Of a stretch of DNA of 64,000 nt, positions 40,001 through 53,900 are shown in pieces. This stretch comes from Eledone cirrhosa (taxonomy: Eukaryota): the NCBI GenBank assembly GCA_964016885.1, contig OZ024743.1, forward strand, positions 322,834,001 through 322,898,000. Direction: 5' to 3'. The first letter of the stretch is position 1. Every line of letters starts with the position of its first letter. The position numbers were made by a program, and so were the translations under genes. Under the pieces are notes generated by a model. It was not told the origin of the DNA. It searched no databases and worked only from the letters and a program-made list of their open reading frames with translations.

Positions 40001-41749
40001 CTCACCTCCTTTAGTCAAGTTTGCTTCTCAGACCACAAATGACATCAATCTCATCATTACTGCCTACCTCACATCCTTTAGTCAAGCTTGCTTCTCAGAC
40101 CACAAACGAACTCAACTTACCATTACTGCCTAACTCACCACATTTAGTCAAGCTTGCTTCTCAGACCACAAATGACCTCAATCTCACCATTGCTGTCTAC
40201 CTCACCTCCTTTGGTCAAGCTTGCTTCTCAGACCACAAATGACCTCAACTTATTATTACTGCCTACCTCACCTCCTTTAGTCAAGCTTGCTTCTCAGACC
40301 ACAAATGACCACAATCTCATCATTACTGTCTACCTCACATCCTTTAGTCAAGCTTGCTTCTCAGACCACAAATGACCTCAATCTTATCATTACTGCCTAC
40401 GTTATCTCATTTAGTCAAGCTTGCTTCTCAGACCACAAATGACCTCAATCTCATCATTACTGCCAACCACGCCTCCTTTAGTCAAGCTTGCTTCTCAGAC
40501 CACAAATGACCTCAATCTCATCATTACTGCCAACCACACCTCCTTTAGTGAAGCTTGCTTCTCAGACCACAAATGACCTCAATCTCATCATTACTGCCAA
40601 CCACGCCTCCTTTAGTCAAGCTTGCTTCTAGACCACAAATGATTTCAATCTTATCATTACTGCCTACCTCATCTCCTTTGGTCAATCTTGCTTCTCAGAG
40701 CACAAATGACCTCAATCTCATCATTACTGCCAACTACGCCTCCTTTAGTCAAGCTTGCTTCTAGAACACAAATGATTTCAATCTTATCATTACTGCCTAC
40801 CTCACCTCCTTTGGTCAAGCTTAGTTCTCAGACCACAAATGACCACAATCTCATCATTACTGTCTACATCACATCCTTTAGTGAAGCTTGCTTCTCAGGC
40901 CACAAATGACCTCAATCTTATCAATACTGCCTACCTTATCTCCTTTAGTCAAGCTTGCTTCTCAGACCACAAATGACCTCAATCTCATCTTTAATGCCTA
41001 CCTCACCTCCTTTAGTCAAGCTTGCTTCTCAGACCACAAATGACCTCAAACTCATCATTACTGCCAACCACGCCTCCTTTAGTCAAGCTTGCTTCTCAGA
41101 CTACAAATGACCCCAATCTCATCATTACTGCCAACCACGCCTCCTTTAGTCAAGCTTGCTTCTAGAACACAAATGATTTCAATCTTATTATTACTGCCTA
41201 CTACACCTCTTTTGGTCAAGCTTGCTTCTCAGACCACAAATGACATCAATCTCATCATTACTGCCTACCTCACCTCCTTTAGTCAAGCTTGCTTCTCAGA
41301 CCACAAATGACCTCAATCTCATTATTACAGCCTACCTCACCTCCTTTAGACAAGCTTGCTTCTCAGACCACAAATGACCTCAAATTATCATCACAGCCTA
41401 CCTCACCTTTTTTAGTCAAGCTTGCTTCTCAGACCACAATTGATCTCAATCTCATCATTACTGCCTACCTCACCTCCTTTGGTTAATCTTGCTTCTGAGA
41501 CCACAAATGACCACAATCTCATCATTACTGTTTACCTCACATCTTTTTGTCAAGCTTGCTTCTCAGACCAGAAATGAGCTCAATCTTATCTTTACTGCCT
41601 ACATTATCTCCTTTAGTCAAGCTTGCTTCTCAGAACTCAAATGACCTCAATCTCATCATTACTGCCAACCACGCCTCCTTTAGTCAAGCTTGCTTCTAGA
41701 ACACAAATGATTTCAATCTTATCATTACTGCCTACCACACCTCCTTTGG

Positions 41750-44700
41750 TCAAGCTTGCTTCTCAGACCACAAATGACCTCAATCTCATCATTACAGCCT
41801 ACCACACCTCCTTTGGTCAATCTTGCTTCTCAGACCACAAATGACCTCAATCTCATCATTACTGCCTACCTCACCTCTTTAGTCAACTTGCTTCTCAGAC
41901 CACAAATGACATCAATCTCATCATTACTGTCTACCTCACCTCCTTTAGTCAAGCTTGCTTCTCAGACCACAAATGAACTCAATCTCATTATTACAGCCTA
42001 CCTCACCTCCTTTAGACAAGCTTGCTTCTCAGACCACAAATGATCTCAAATTATCATCACAGCCTACCTCACCTCGTTTAGTCAAGCTTGCTTCTCAGAC
42101 CACAATTGATCTCAATCTCATCATTACTGCCTACCTCACCTCCTTTGGTTAATCTTGCTTCTGAGACCACAAATGACCACAATCTCATCATTACTGTTTA
42201 CCTCACATCCTTTAGTCAAGCTTGCTTCTCAGACCACAAATTACCTCAATCTCATTATTACAGCCTACCTCACCTCCTTTAGACAAGCTTGCTTCTTACA
42301 CCACAAATGACCTCAAATTATCATTACTGCCTACTTCACCTCTTTAGTCAACTTGCTTCTCAGACCACAAATGACATCAATCTCATCATTACTGCCTACC
42401 GCACCTCCTTTGGTCAAACTTGCTTCTCAGACCACAAATGACCTCAATCTCATCATTACTGCCTACCTCACCTCCTTTAGTCAAGCTTGCTTCTCAGACC
42501 GCAAATGACCTCAACTTATCATTACTGCCTACCTCACCTCCTATGGTCAAGCTTGCTTCTCAGACCATAAATGACCTCAATCTCATCATTACTGCCTACC
42601 TCACCTCCTTTAGTCAAGCTTGCTTCTCAGACCACAAATGACCTCAACTTATCATTACTGCCTACCTCACCTCCTTTGGTCAATCTTGCTTCTCAGAGCA
42701 CAAATGACCTCAATCTCATCATTACTGCCAACTACGCCTCCTTTAGTCAAGCTTGCTTCTAGAACACAAATGATTTCAATCTTATCATTACTGCCTACCA
42801 CACCTCCTTTGGTCAAGCTTGCTTCTCAGACCACACATGACCTCAATCTCAGCATTACAGCCTACCACACCTCCTTTGGTCAATCTTGCTTCTCAGACCA
42901 CAAATGACCTCAACTTATCATTACTGCTAACCACACCTCCTTTGGTCAAGCCTGCTTCTCTGACCACAAATGTGACTTCAACTTATCATTACTGCCCACC
43001 TCACCTCCTTCAGTCAAGCTTACTTCTCAGACCACAAATGACCTCAACTTATCATTACTGACTACCTGACCTCATTTAGTCAAGTTGCTTCTCAGACCAC
43101 AAAAGACCTCAATCTCATCATTACTGCCAACTACGCCTCCTTTAGTCAAGCTTGCTTCTCAGACCACAAATGACATCAATATCATCATTACTGCCTACCT
43201 CACCTCCTTTGGTCAATATTGCTTCTCAGACCACAAATGACCTCAATCTCATCATTACAGCCTACCTCACCTCCTTTAGACAAGCTTGCTTCTCAGACCA
43301 CAAATGACCTCAAATTATCATCACAGCCTACCTCACCTCCTTTAGTCAAGCTTGCTTCTCAGCCCACAAATGACCTCAACTTATCATTACAGCCTACCTC
43401 ACCTCCTTTAGTCAAGCTTGGTTCTCAGACCACAAATGACCACAATCTCATCATTACTGTCTACCTCACATCCTTTAGTGAAGCTTGCTTCTCAGGCCAC
43501 AAATGACCTCAATCTTATCAATACTGCCTACCTTATCTCCTTTAGTCAAGCTTGCTTCTCAGACCACAAATGACCTCAATCTCATCTTTAATGCCTACCT
43601 CACATCCTTTAGTCAAGCTTGCTTCTCAGACCACAAATGACCTCAAACTCATCATTACTACCAACCACGCCTCCTTTAGTCAAGCTTGCTTCTAGAACAC
43701 AAATGATTTCAATCTTATCATTACTGCCTACCACACCTATTTTGGTCAAGCTTGCTTCTCAGACCACAAATGACCTCAATCTCATCATTACAGCCTACGA
43801 CACCTCCTTTGGTCAATCTTGCTTCTCAGACCACAAATGACCTCAATCTCATCATTACTGCCTACCTCACCTCTTTAGTCAACTTGCTTCTCAGACCACA
43901 AATGACATCAATCTCATCATTACTGACTACCTCACCTCCTTTAGTCAAGCTTGCTTCTCAGACCACAAATGACCTCAATCTCATTATTACAGCCCACCTC
44001 ACCTCCTTTAGACAAGCTTGCTTCTCAGACCACAAATGACCTCAAATTATCATCACAGCCTACCTCACCTCCTTTAGTCAAGCTTGCTTCTCAGACCACA
44101 ACTGATCTCAATCTCATCATTACTGCCTACCTCACCTCCTTTGGTTAATCTTGCTTCTGAGACCACAAATGACCACAATCTCATCATTACTGTTTACCTC
44201 ACATCCTTTAGTCAAGCTTGCTTCTCAGACCCCAAATGACCTCAACTTATCATTACAGCCTACCTCACCTCCTTTAGTCAAGCTTGGTTCTCAGACCACA
44301 AATGACCACAATCTCATTATTACAGCTTACCTCACCTCCTTTAGACAAGCTTGCTTTTCAGACCACAAATGACCTCAATCTCATCTTTAATGCCTACCTC
44401 ACCTCCTTTAGTCAAGCTTGCTTCTCAGACCACAAATGACCTCAATCTCATCTTTAATGCCTACCTCACCTCCTTTAGTCAAGCTTGCTTCTCAGACCAC
44501 AAATGACCTCAATCTCATCATTACTGCCTACCACACCTCCTTTGGTCAAGCTTGCTTCTCAGACCACAAATGACCTCAATCTCATCATTACAGCCTACCA
44601 CACCTCCTTTGGTCAATCTTGCTTCTCAGACCACAAATGACCTCAATCTCATCATTACTGCCTACCTCACCTCTTTAGTCAACTTGCTTCTCAGACCACA

Positions 44701-47700
44701 AATGACATCAATCTCATCATTACTGTCTACCTCACCTCCTTTAGTCAAGCTTGCTTCTCAGACCACAAATGCACTCAATCTCATTATTACAGCCTACCTC
44801 ACCTCCTTTAGACAAGCTTGCTTCTCAGACCACAAATGATCTCAAATTATCATCACAGCCTACCTCACCTCCTTTAGTCAAGCTTGCTTCTCAGACCACA
44901 ATTGATCTCAATCTCATCATTACTGCCTACCTCACCTCCTTTGGTTAATCTTGCTTCTGAGACCACAAATGACCACAATCTCATCATTACTGTTTACCTC
45001 ACATCCTTTAGTCAAGCTTGCTTCTCAGACCACAAATTACCTCAATCTCATTATTACAGCCTACCTCACCTCCTTTAGACAAGCTTGCTTCTTACACCAC
45101 AAATGACCTCAAATTATCATTACTGCCTACTTCACCTCTTTAGTCAACTTGCTTCTCAGACCACAAATGACATCAATCTCATCATTACTGCCTACCGCAC
45201 CTCCTTTGGTCAAACTTGCTTCTCAGACCACAAATGACCTCAATCTCATCATTACTGCCTACCTCACCTCCTTTAGTCAAGCTTGCTTCTCAGACCGCAA
45301 ATGACCTCAACTTATCATTACTGCCTACCTCACCTCCTATGGTCAAGCTTGCTTCTCAGACCATAAATGACCTCAATCTCATCATTACTGCCTACCTCAC
45401 CTCCTTTAGTCAAGCTTGCTTCTCAGACCACAAATGACCTCAACTTATCATTACTGCCTACCTCACCTCCTTTGGTCAATCTTGCTTCTCAGAGCACAAA
45501 TGACCTCAATCTCATCATTACTGCCAACTACGCCTCCTTTAGTCAAGCTTGCTTCTAGAACACAAATGATTTCAATCTTATCATTACTGCCTACCACACC
45601 TCCTTTGGTCAAGCTTGCTTCTCAGACCACACATGACCTCAATCTCAGCATTACAGCCTACCACACCTCCTTTGGTCAATCTTGCTTCTCAGACCACAAA
45701 TGACCTCAACTTATCATTACTGCTAACCACACCTCCTTTGGTCAAGCCTGCTTCTCTGACCACAAATGTGACTTCAACTTATCATTACTCCCCACCTAAC
45801 CTCCTTCAGTCAAGCTTACTTCTCAGACCACAAATGACCTCAACTTATCATTACTGACTACCTGACCTCATTTAGTCAAGTTGCTTCTCAGACCACAAAA
45901 GACCTCAATCTCATCATTACTGCCAACTACGCCTCCTTTAGTCAAGCTTGCTTCTCAGACCACAAATGACATCAATATCATCATTACTGCCTACCTCACC
46001 TCCTTTGGTCAATATTGCTTCTCAGACCACAAATGACCTCAATCTCATCATTACAGCCTACCTCACCTCCTTTAGACAAGCTTGCTTCTCAGACCACAAA
46101 TGACCTCAAATTATCATCACAGCCTACCTCACCTCCTTTAGTCAAGCTTGCTTCTCAGCCCACAAATGACCTCAACTTATCATTACAGCCTACCTCACCT
46201 CCTTTAGTCAAGCTTGGTTCTCAGACCACAAATGACCACAATCTCATCATTACTGTCTACCTCACATCCTTTAGTGAAGCTTGCTTCTCAGGCCACAAAT
46301 GACCTCAATCTTATCAATACTGCCTACCTTATCTCCTTTAGTCAAGCTTGCTTCTCAGACCACAAATGACCTCAATCTCATCTTTAATGCCTACCTCACA
46401 TCCTTTAGTCAAGCTTGCTTCTCAGACCACAAATGACCTCAAACTCATCATTACTACTAACCACGCCTCCTTTAGTCAAGCTTGCTTCTCAGACTACAAA
46501 TGACACCAATCTCATCATTACTGCCAACCACGCCTCCTTTAGTCAAGCTTGCTTCTAGAACACAAATGATTTCAATCTTATCATTACTGCCTACCACACC
46601 TATTTTGGTCAAGCTTGCTTCTCAGACCACAAATGACCTCAATCTCATCATTACAGCCTACGACACCTCCTTTGGTCAATCTTGCTTCTCAGACCACAAA
46701 TGACCTCAATCTCATCATTACTGCCTACCTCACCTCTTTAGTCAACTTGCTTCTCAGACCACAAATGACATCAATCTCATCATTACTGACTACCTCACCT
46801 CCTTTAGTCAAGCTTGCTTCTCAGACCACAAATGACCTCAATCTCATTATTACAGCCCACCTCACCTCCTTTAGACAAGCTTGCTTCTCAGACCACAAAT
46901 GACCTCAAATTATCATCACAGCCTACCTCACCTCCTTTAGTCAAGCTTGCTTCTCAGACCACAACTGATCTCAATCTCATCATTACTGCCTACCTCACCT
47001 CCTTTGGTTAATCTTGCTTCTGAGACCACAAATGACCACAATCTCATCATTACTGTTTACCTCACATCCTTTAGTCAAGCTTGCTTCTCAGACCCCAAAT
47101 GACCTCAACTTATCATTACAGCCTACCTCACCTCCTTTAGTCAAGCTTGGTTCTCAGACCACAAATGACCACAATCTCATTATTACAGCTTACCTCACCT
47201 CCTTTAGACAAGCTTGCTTTTCAGACCACAAATGACCTCAATCTCATCTTTAATGCCTACCTCACCTCCTTTAGTCAAGCTTGCTTCTCAGACCACAAAT
47301 GACCTCAATCTCATCTTTAATGCCTACCTCACCTCCTTTAGTCAAGCTTGCTTCTCAGACCACAAATGACCTCAATCTCATCTTTAATGCCTACCTCACC
47401 TCCTTTAGTCAAGCTTGCTTCTCAGACCACAAATGACCTCAATCTCATCATTACTGCCTACCACACCTCCTTTGGTCAAGCTTGCTTCTCAGACCACAAA
47501 TGACCTCAATCTCATCATTACAGCCTACCACACCTCCTTTGGTCAATCTTGCGTCTCAGACCACAAATGACCTCAATCTCATCATTACTGCCTACCTCAC
47601 CTCTTTAGTCAACTTGCTTCTCAGACCACAAATGACATCAATCTCATCATTACTGTCTACCTCACCTCCTTTAGTCAAGCTTGCTTCTCAGACCACAAAT

Positions 47701-47900
47701 GACCTCAATCTCATTATTACAGCCTACCTCACCTCCTTTAGACAAGCTTGCTTCTCAGACCACAAATGACCTCAAATTATCATCACAGCCTACCTCACCT
47801 TTTTTAGTCAAGCTTGCTTCTCAGACCACAATTGATCTCAATCTCATCATTACTGCCTACCTCACCTCCTTTGGTTAATCTTGCTTCTGAGACCACAAAT
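41750..47900. repeat. Higher-order duplication, period ~2796 bp, with whole-monomer indels
   Basis: ORF offsets of 2796 (42420/45216, 43219/46015), then 2863 (43752/46615), then 2930 (44552/47482). Confidence 0.9.
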
Positions 47901-50900
47901 GACCACAATCTCAACATTACTGTTTACCTCACATCCTTTAGTCAAGCTTGCTTCTCAGACCACAAATTACCTCAATCTTATCTTTACTGCCTACATTATC
48001 TCCTTTAGTCAACCTTGGTTCTCAGACCACAAATGACCACAATCTCATCATTACTGTCTACCTCACATCCTTTAGTCAAGTTTGCTTCTCAGACCACAAA
48101 TGACCTCAATCTTATCAATACTGCCTACCTTATCTCCTTTAATCAAGCTTGCTTCTCAGACCACAAATGACCTCAATCTCATCTTTAATGCCTACCTCAC
48201 CTCCTTTAGTCAAGCTTGCTTCTCAGACCACAAATGACCTCAATCTCATCTTTAATGCCTACCTCACCTCCTTTGGTCAAGCTTGCTTCTCAGACCACAA
48301 ATGACCTCAATCTCATTATACTGCCTACCTCACCTCTTTAGTCAACTTGCTTCTCAGACCACAAATGACATCAATCTCATCATTACTGTCTACCTCACCT
48401 CCTTTAGTCAAGCTTGCTTCTCAGACCACAAATGACCTCAATCTCATCTTTAATGCCTACCTCTCCTCCTTTAGTCAAGCTTGCTTCTCAGACCACAAAT
48501 GACCTCCAACTCATCATTACTGCCAACCAGACCTCCTTTAGTCAAGCTTGCTTCTCAGACCTCAAATGACCTCAATCTCATCATTACTGCCAACCACGCC
48601 TTTTTTAGTCAAGCATGCTTCTAGAACACAAATGATTTCAATCTTATCATTACTGCCTACCACACCTCCTTTGGTCAAGCTTGCTTCTCAGACCACAAAT
48701 GACCTCAATCTCATTATACTGCCTACCTCACCTCTTTAGTCAACTTGCTTCTCAGACCACAAATGACATCAATCTCATCATTACTGTCTACCTCACCTCC
48801 TTTAGTCAAGCTTGCTTCTCAGACAGCAAATGACCTCAACTTATCATTACTGCCTACCTCACCTCCTTTGGTCAAGCTTGCTTCTCAGACCATAAATGAC
48901 CTCAATTTCATCATTATTGCCTACCTCACCTCCTTTGGTCAATCTTGCTTCTCAGAGCACAAATGACCTCAATCTCATCATTACTGCCAACTACGCCTCC
49001 TTTAGTCAAGCTTGCTTCTAGAACACAAATGATTTCAATCTTATCATTACTGCCTACCACACCTCCTTTGGTCAAGCTTGCTTCTCAGACCACACATGAC
49101 CTCAATCTCAGCATTACAGCCTACGACACCTCCTTTGGTCAATCTTGCTTCTCAGACCACAAATGACCTCAACTTATCATTACTGCTAACCACACCTCCT
49201 TTTGTCAAGCTTGCTTCTCAGACCACAAATGACCTCAACTTATCATTACTGCCTACCTAATCTCCTTTAGTCAAGCTTTCTACTCAGACCAGTAATGACC
49301 TCAATCTTATCATTAATGCCTACCCCACCTCCTTTGGTCAAGCCTGCTTCTCTGACCACAAATGACTTCAACTTATCATTACTGCCCACCTCACCTCCTT
49401 CAGTCAAGCTTACTTCTCAGACCACAAATGACCTCAATCTCATCATTACTGCCAACTACGCCTCCTTTAGTCAAGCTTGCTTCTCAGACCACAAATGACA
49501 TCAATATCATCATTACTGCCTACCTCACCTCCTTTGGTCAATCTTGCTTCTCAGACCACAAATGACCTCAATCTCATCATTACAGCCTACCTCACCTCCT
49601 TCAGTCAAGCTTACTTCTCAGACCACAAATGACCTCAACTTATCATTACTGACTACCTGACCTCATTTAGTCAAGCTTGCTTCTCAGACCACAAAAGACC
49701 TCAATCTCATCATTACTGCCAACTACGCCTCCTTTAGTCAAGCTTGCTTCTCAGACCACAAATGACATCAATATCATCATTACTGCCTACCTCACCTCCT
49801 TTGGTCAATCTTGCTTCTCAGACCACAAATGACCTCAATCTCATCATTACTGCCTACCTCACCTCATTTAGTCAAGCTTGCTTCTCAGACCACTAATGAC
49901 CCCAATCTCATCATTACTGCCTACCTCACCTCCTTTGGTTAATCTTGCTTCTGAGACCACAAATGACCACAATCTCATCATTACTGTTTACCTCACATCC
50001 TTTAGTCAAGCTTGCTTCTCAGACCACAAATGACCTCAACTTATCATTACAGCCTACCTCACCTCCTTTAGTCAACCTTGGTTTTCAGACCACAAATGAC
50101 CACAATCTCATCATTACTGTCTACCTCACATCCTTTAGTCAAGTTTGCTTCTCAGACCACAAATGACCTCAATCTTATCAATACTGCCTACCTTATCCCC
50201 TTTAATCAAGCTTGCTTCTCAGACCACAAATGACCTCAATCTCATCTTTAATGCCTACCTCACCTCCTTTAGTCAAGCTTGCTTCTCAGACCACAAATGA
50301 CCTCAATCTCATCTTTAATGCCTACCTCACCTCATTTAGTCAAGCTTGCTTCTCAGACCACAAATGACCTCAATCTCATCATTACTGCCAACCACGCCTC
50401 ATTTAGTCAAGCTTGCTTCTCAGACTACAAATGACCTCAATCTCATCATTACTGCCAACCACGCCTCCTTTAGTCAAGCTTGCTTCTAGAACACAAATGA
50501 TTTCAATCTTATCATTACTGTCTACCTCACCTCCTTTAGTCAAGCTTGCTTCTCAGACCACAAATGACCTCAATCTCATTATTACAGCCTACCTCACCTC
50601 CTTTAGACAAGCTTGCTTCTCAGACCACAAATGACCTCAAATTATCATCACAGCCTACCTCACCTTTTTTAGTCAAGCTTGCTTCTCAGACCACAATTGA
50701 TCTCAATCTCATCATTACTGCCTACCTCACCTCCTTTGGTTAATCTTGCTTCTGAGATCACAAATGACCACAATCTCATCATTACTGTTTACCTCACATC
50801 CTTTAGTCAAGCTTGCTTCTCAGAGCACAAATGAGCTCAATCTTATCTTTACTGCCTACATTATCTCCTTTAGTCAAGCTTGCTTCTCAGACCACAAATG

Positions 50901-53900
50901 ACCTCAATCTCATCTTTAATGCCTACCTCACCTCCTTTAGTCAAGCTTGCTTCTCAGACCACAAATGACCTCAAACTCATCATTACTGCCAACCAGACCT
51001 CCTTTAGTCAAGCTTGCTTCTCAGACCTCAAATGACCTCAATCTCATCATTACTGCCAACCACGCCTCCTTTAGTCAAGCTTGCTTCTAGAACACAAATG
51101 ATTTCAATCTTATCATTACTGCCTACCTCACCTCCTTTGGTCAAGCTTGCTTCTCGGACCACAAATGACCTCAATCTCATCATTACAGCCTACCTCACCT
51201 CCTTTGGTCAATCTTGCTTCTCAGACCACAAATGACCTCAATCTCATCATTACTGCCTACCTCACCTCCTTTGGTCAAGCTTGCTTCTCGGACCACAAAT
51301 GACCTCAATCTCATCATTACTGCCTACCTCACCTCATTTAGTCAAGCTTGCTTCTCAGACCACTAATGACCCCAATCTCATCATTACTGCCTACCTCACC
51401 TCCTTTGGTTAATCTTGCTTCTCAGAGCACAAATGACCATAATCTCATCATTACTGTTTACCTCACATCCTTTAGTCAAGCTTGCTTCTCAGACCACAAA
51501 TGACCTCAACTTATCATTACAGCCTACCTCACCTCCTTTAGTCAACCTTGGTTCTCAGACCACAAATGACCACAATCTCATCATTACTGTCTACCTCACA
51601 TCCTTTAGTCAAGTTTGCTTCTCAGACCACAAATGACCTCAATCTTATCAATACTGCCTACCTTATCTCATTTAATCAAGCTTACTTCTCAGACCACATA
51701 TGACCTCAATCTCATCTTTAATGCCTACCTCACCTCCTTTAGTCAAGCTTGCTTCTCAGACCACAAATGACCTCAATCTCATCTTTAATGCCTACCTAAC
51801 CTCATTTAGTCAAGCTTGCTTCTCAGACCACAAATGACCTCAAACTCATCATTACTGCCCACCAGACCTCCTTTAGTCAAGCTTGCTTCTCAGACCCCAA
51901 ATGACCTCAATCTCATCATTACTGCCAACCACGCCTCCTTTAGTCAAGCTTGCTTCTAGAACACAAATGATTTCAATCTTATCATTACTGCCTACCACAC
52001 CTCCTTTGGTCAAGCTTGCTTCTCAGACCACAAATGACCTCAATCTCATTATATTGCCTACCTCACCTCTTTAGTCAACTTGCTTCTCAGACCACAAATG
52101 ACATCAATCTCATCATTACTGTCTACCTCACCTCCTTTAGTCAAGCTTGCTTCTCAGACCGCAAGTGTCCTCAACTTATCAGTACTGCCTACCTCACCTC
52201 CTTTAGTCAAGCTTGCTTCTAGAACACAAATGATTTCAATCTTATCATTACTGCCTACCACACCTCCTTTGGTCAAGCTTGCTTCTCAGACCACACACGA
52301 CCTCAATCTCAGCATTACAGCCTACCACACCTCCTTTGGTCAAGCCTGCTTCTCTGACCACAAATGACTTCAACTTATCATTACTGCCCACCTCACCTCC
52401 TTCAGTCAAGCTTACTTCTCAGACCACAAATGACCTCAACTTATCATTACTGACTACCTGACCTCATTTAGTCAAGTTTGCTTCTCAGACCACAAAAGAC
52501 CTCAATCTCATCATTACTGCCAACTACGCCTCCTTTAGTCAAGCTTGCTTCTCAGACCACAAATGACATCAATATCATCATTACTGCCTACATCACCTCC
52601 TTTGGTCAATCTTGCTTCTCAGACCACAAATGACCTCAATCTCATCATTACTGCCTACTTCACCTCATTTAGTCAAGCTTGCTTCTCAGACCACTAATGA
52701 CCCCAATCTCATCATTACTGCCTACCTCACCTCCTTTGGTTAATCTTGCTTCTGAGACCACAAATGACCACAATCTCATCATTACTGTTTACCTCACATC
52801 CTTTAGTCAAGCTTGCTTCTCAGACCACAAATGACCTCAACTTATCATTACAGCCTACCTCACCTCCTTTAGTCAACCTTGGTTCTCAGACCACAAATGA
52901 CCACAATCTCATCATTACTGTCTACCTCACATCCTTTAGTCAAGTTTGCTTCTCAGACCACAAATGACCTCAATCTTATCAACACTGCCTACCTTATCTC
53001 CTTTAATCAAGCTTGCTTCTCAGACCACAAATGACCTCAATCTCATCTTTAATGCCTACCTCACCTCCTTTAGTCAAGCTTTCTTCTCAGACCACAAATG
53101 ACCTCAATCTCATCTTTAATGCCAACCACGCCTCCTTTAGTCAAGCTTGCTTCTCAGACTACAAATGACCTCAATCTCATCATTACTGCCAACCACGCCT
53201 CCTTTAGTCAAGCTTGCTTCTAGAACACAAATGATTTCAATCTTATCATTACTGCCTACCACACCTCCTTTGGTCAAGCTTGCTTCTCAGACCACAAATG
53301 ACCTCAATCTCATCATTACTGCCTACCTCACCTCCTTTAGTCAAGATTGCTTCTCAGACCACAAATGAACTCAATCTCATTATTACAGCCTACCTCACCT
53401 CCTTTAGACAAGCTTGCTTCTCAGACCACAAATGATCTCAAATTATCATCACAGCCTACCTCACCTCCTTTAGTCAAGCTTGCTTCTCAGACCACAATTG
53501 ATCTCAATCTCATCATTACTGCCTAACTCACCTCCTTTGGTTAATCTTGCTTCTGAGACCACAAATGACCACAATCTCATCATTACTGTTTACCTCACAT
53601 CCTTTAGTCAAGCTTGCTTCTCAGACCACAAGTGACCTCAACTTATCATTACTGCCTACCTCACCTCTTTAGTCAACTTGCTTCTCACACCACAAATGAC
53701 ATCAATCTCATCATTACTGTCTATCTCACCTCCTTTAGTCAAGCTTGCTTCTCAGACCACAAATTACCTCAATCTCCTTATTACAGCCAACCTCACCTCC
53801 TTTACACAAGCATGCTTCTCAGACCACAAATGACCTCAAATTATCATTACTGCCTACTTCACCTCTTTAGTCAACTTGCTTCTCAGACCACAAACGAACT

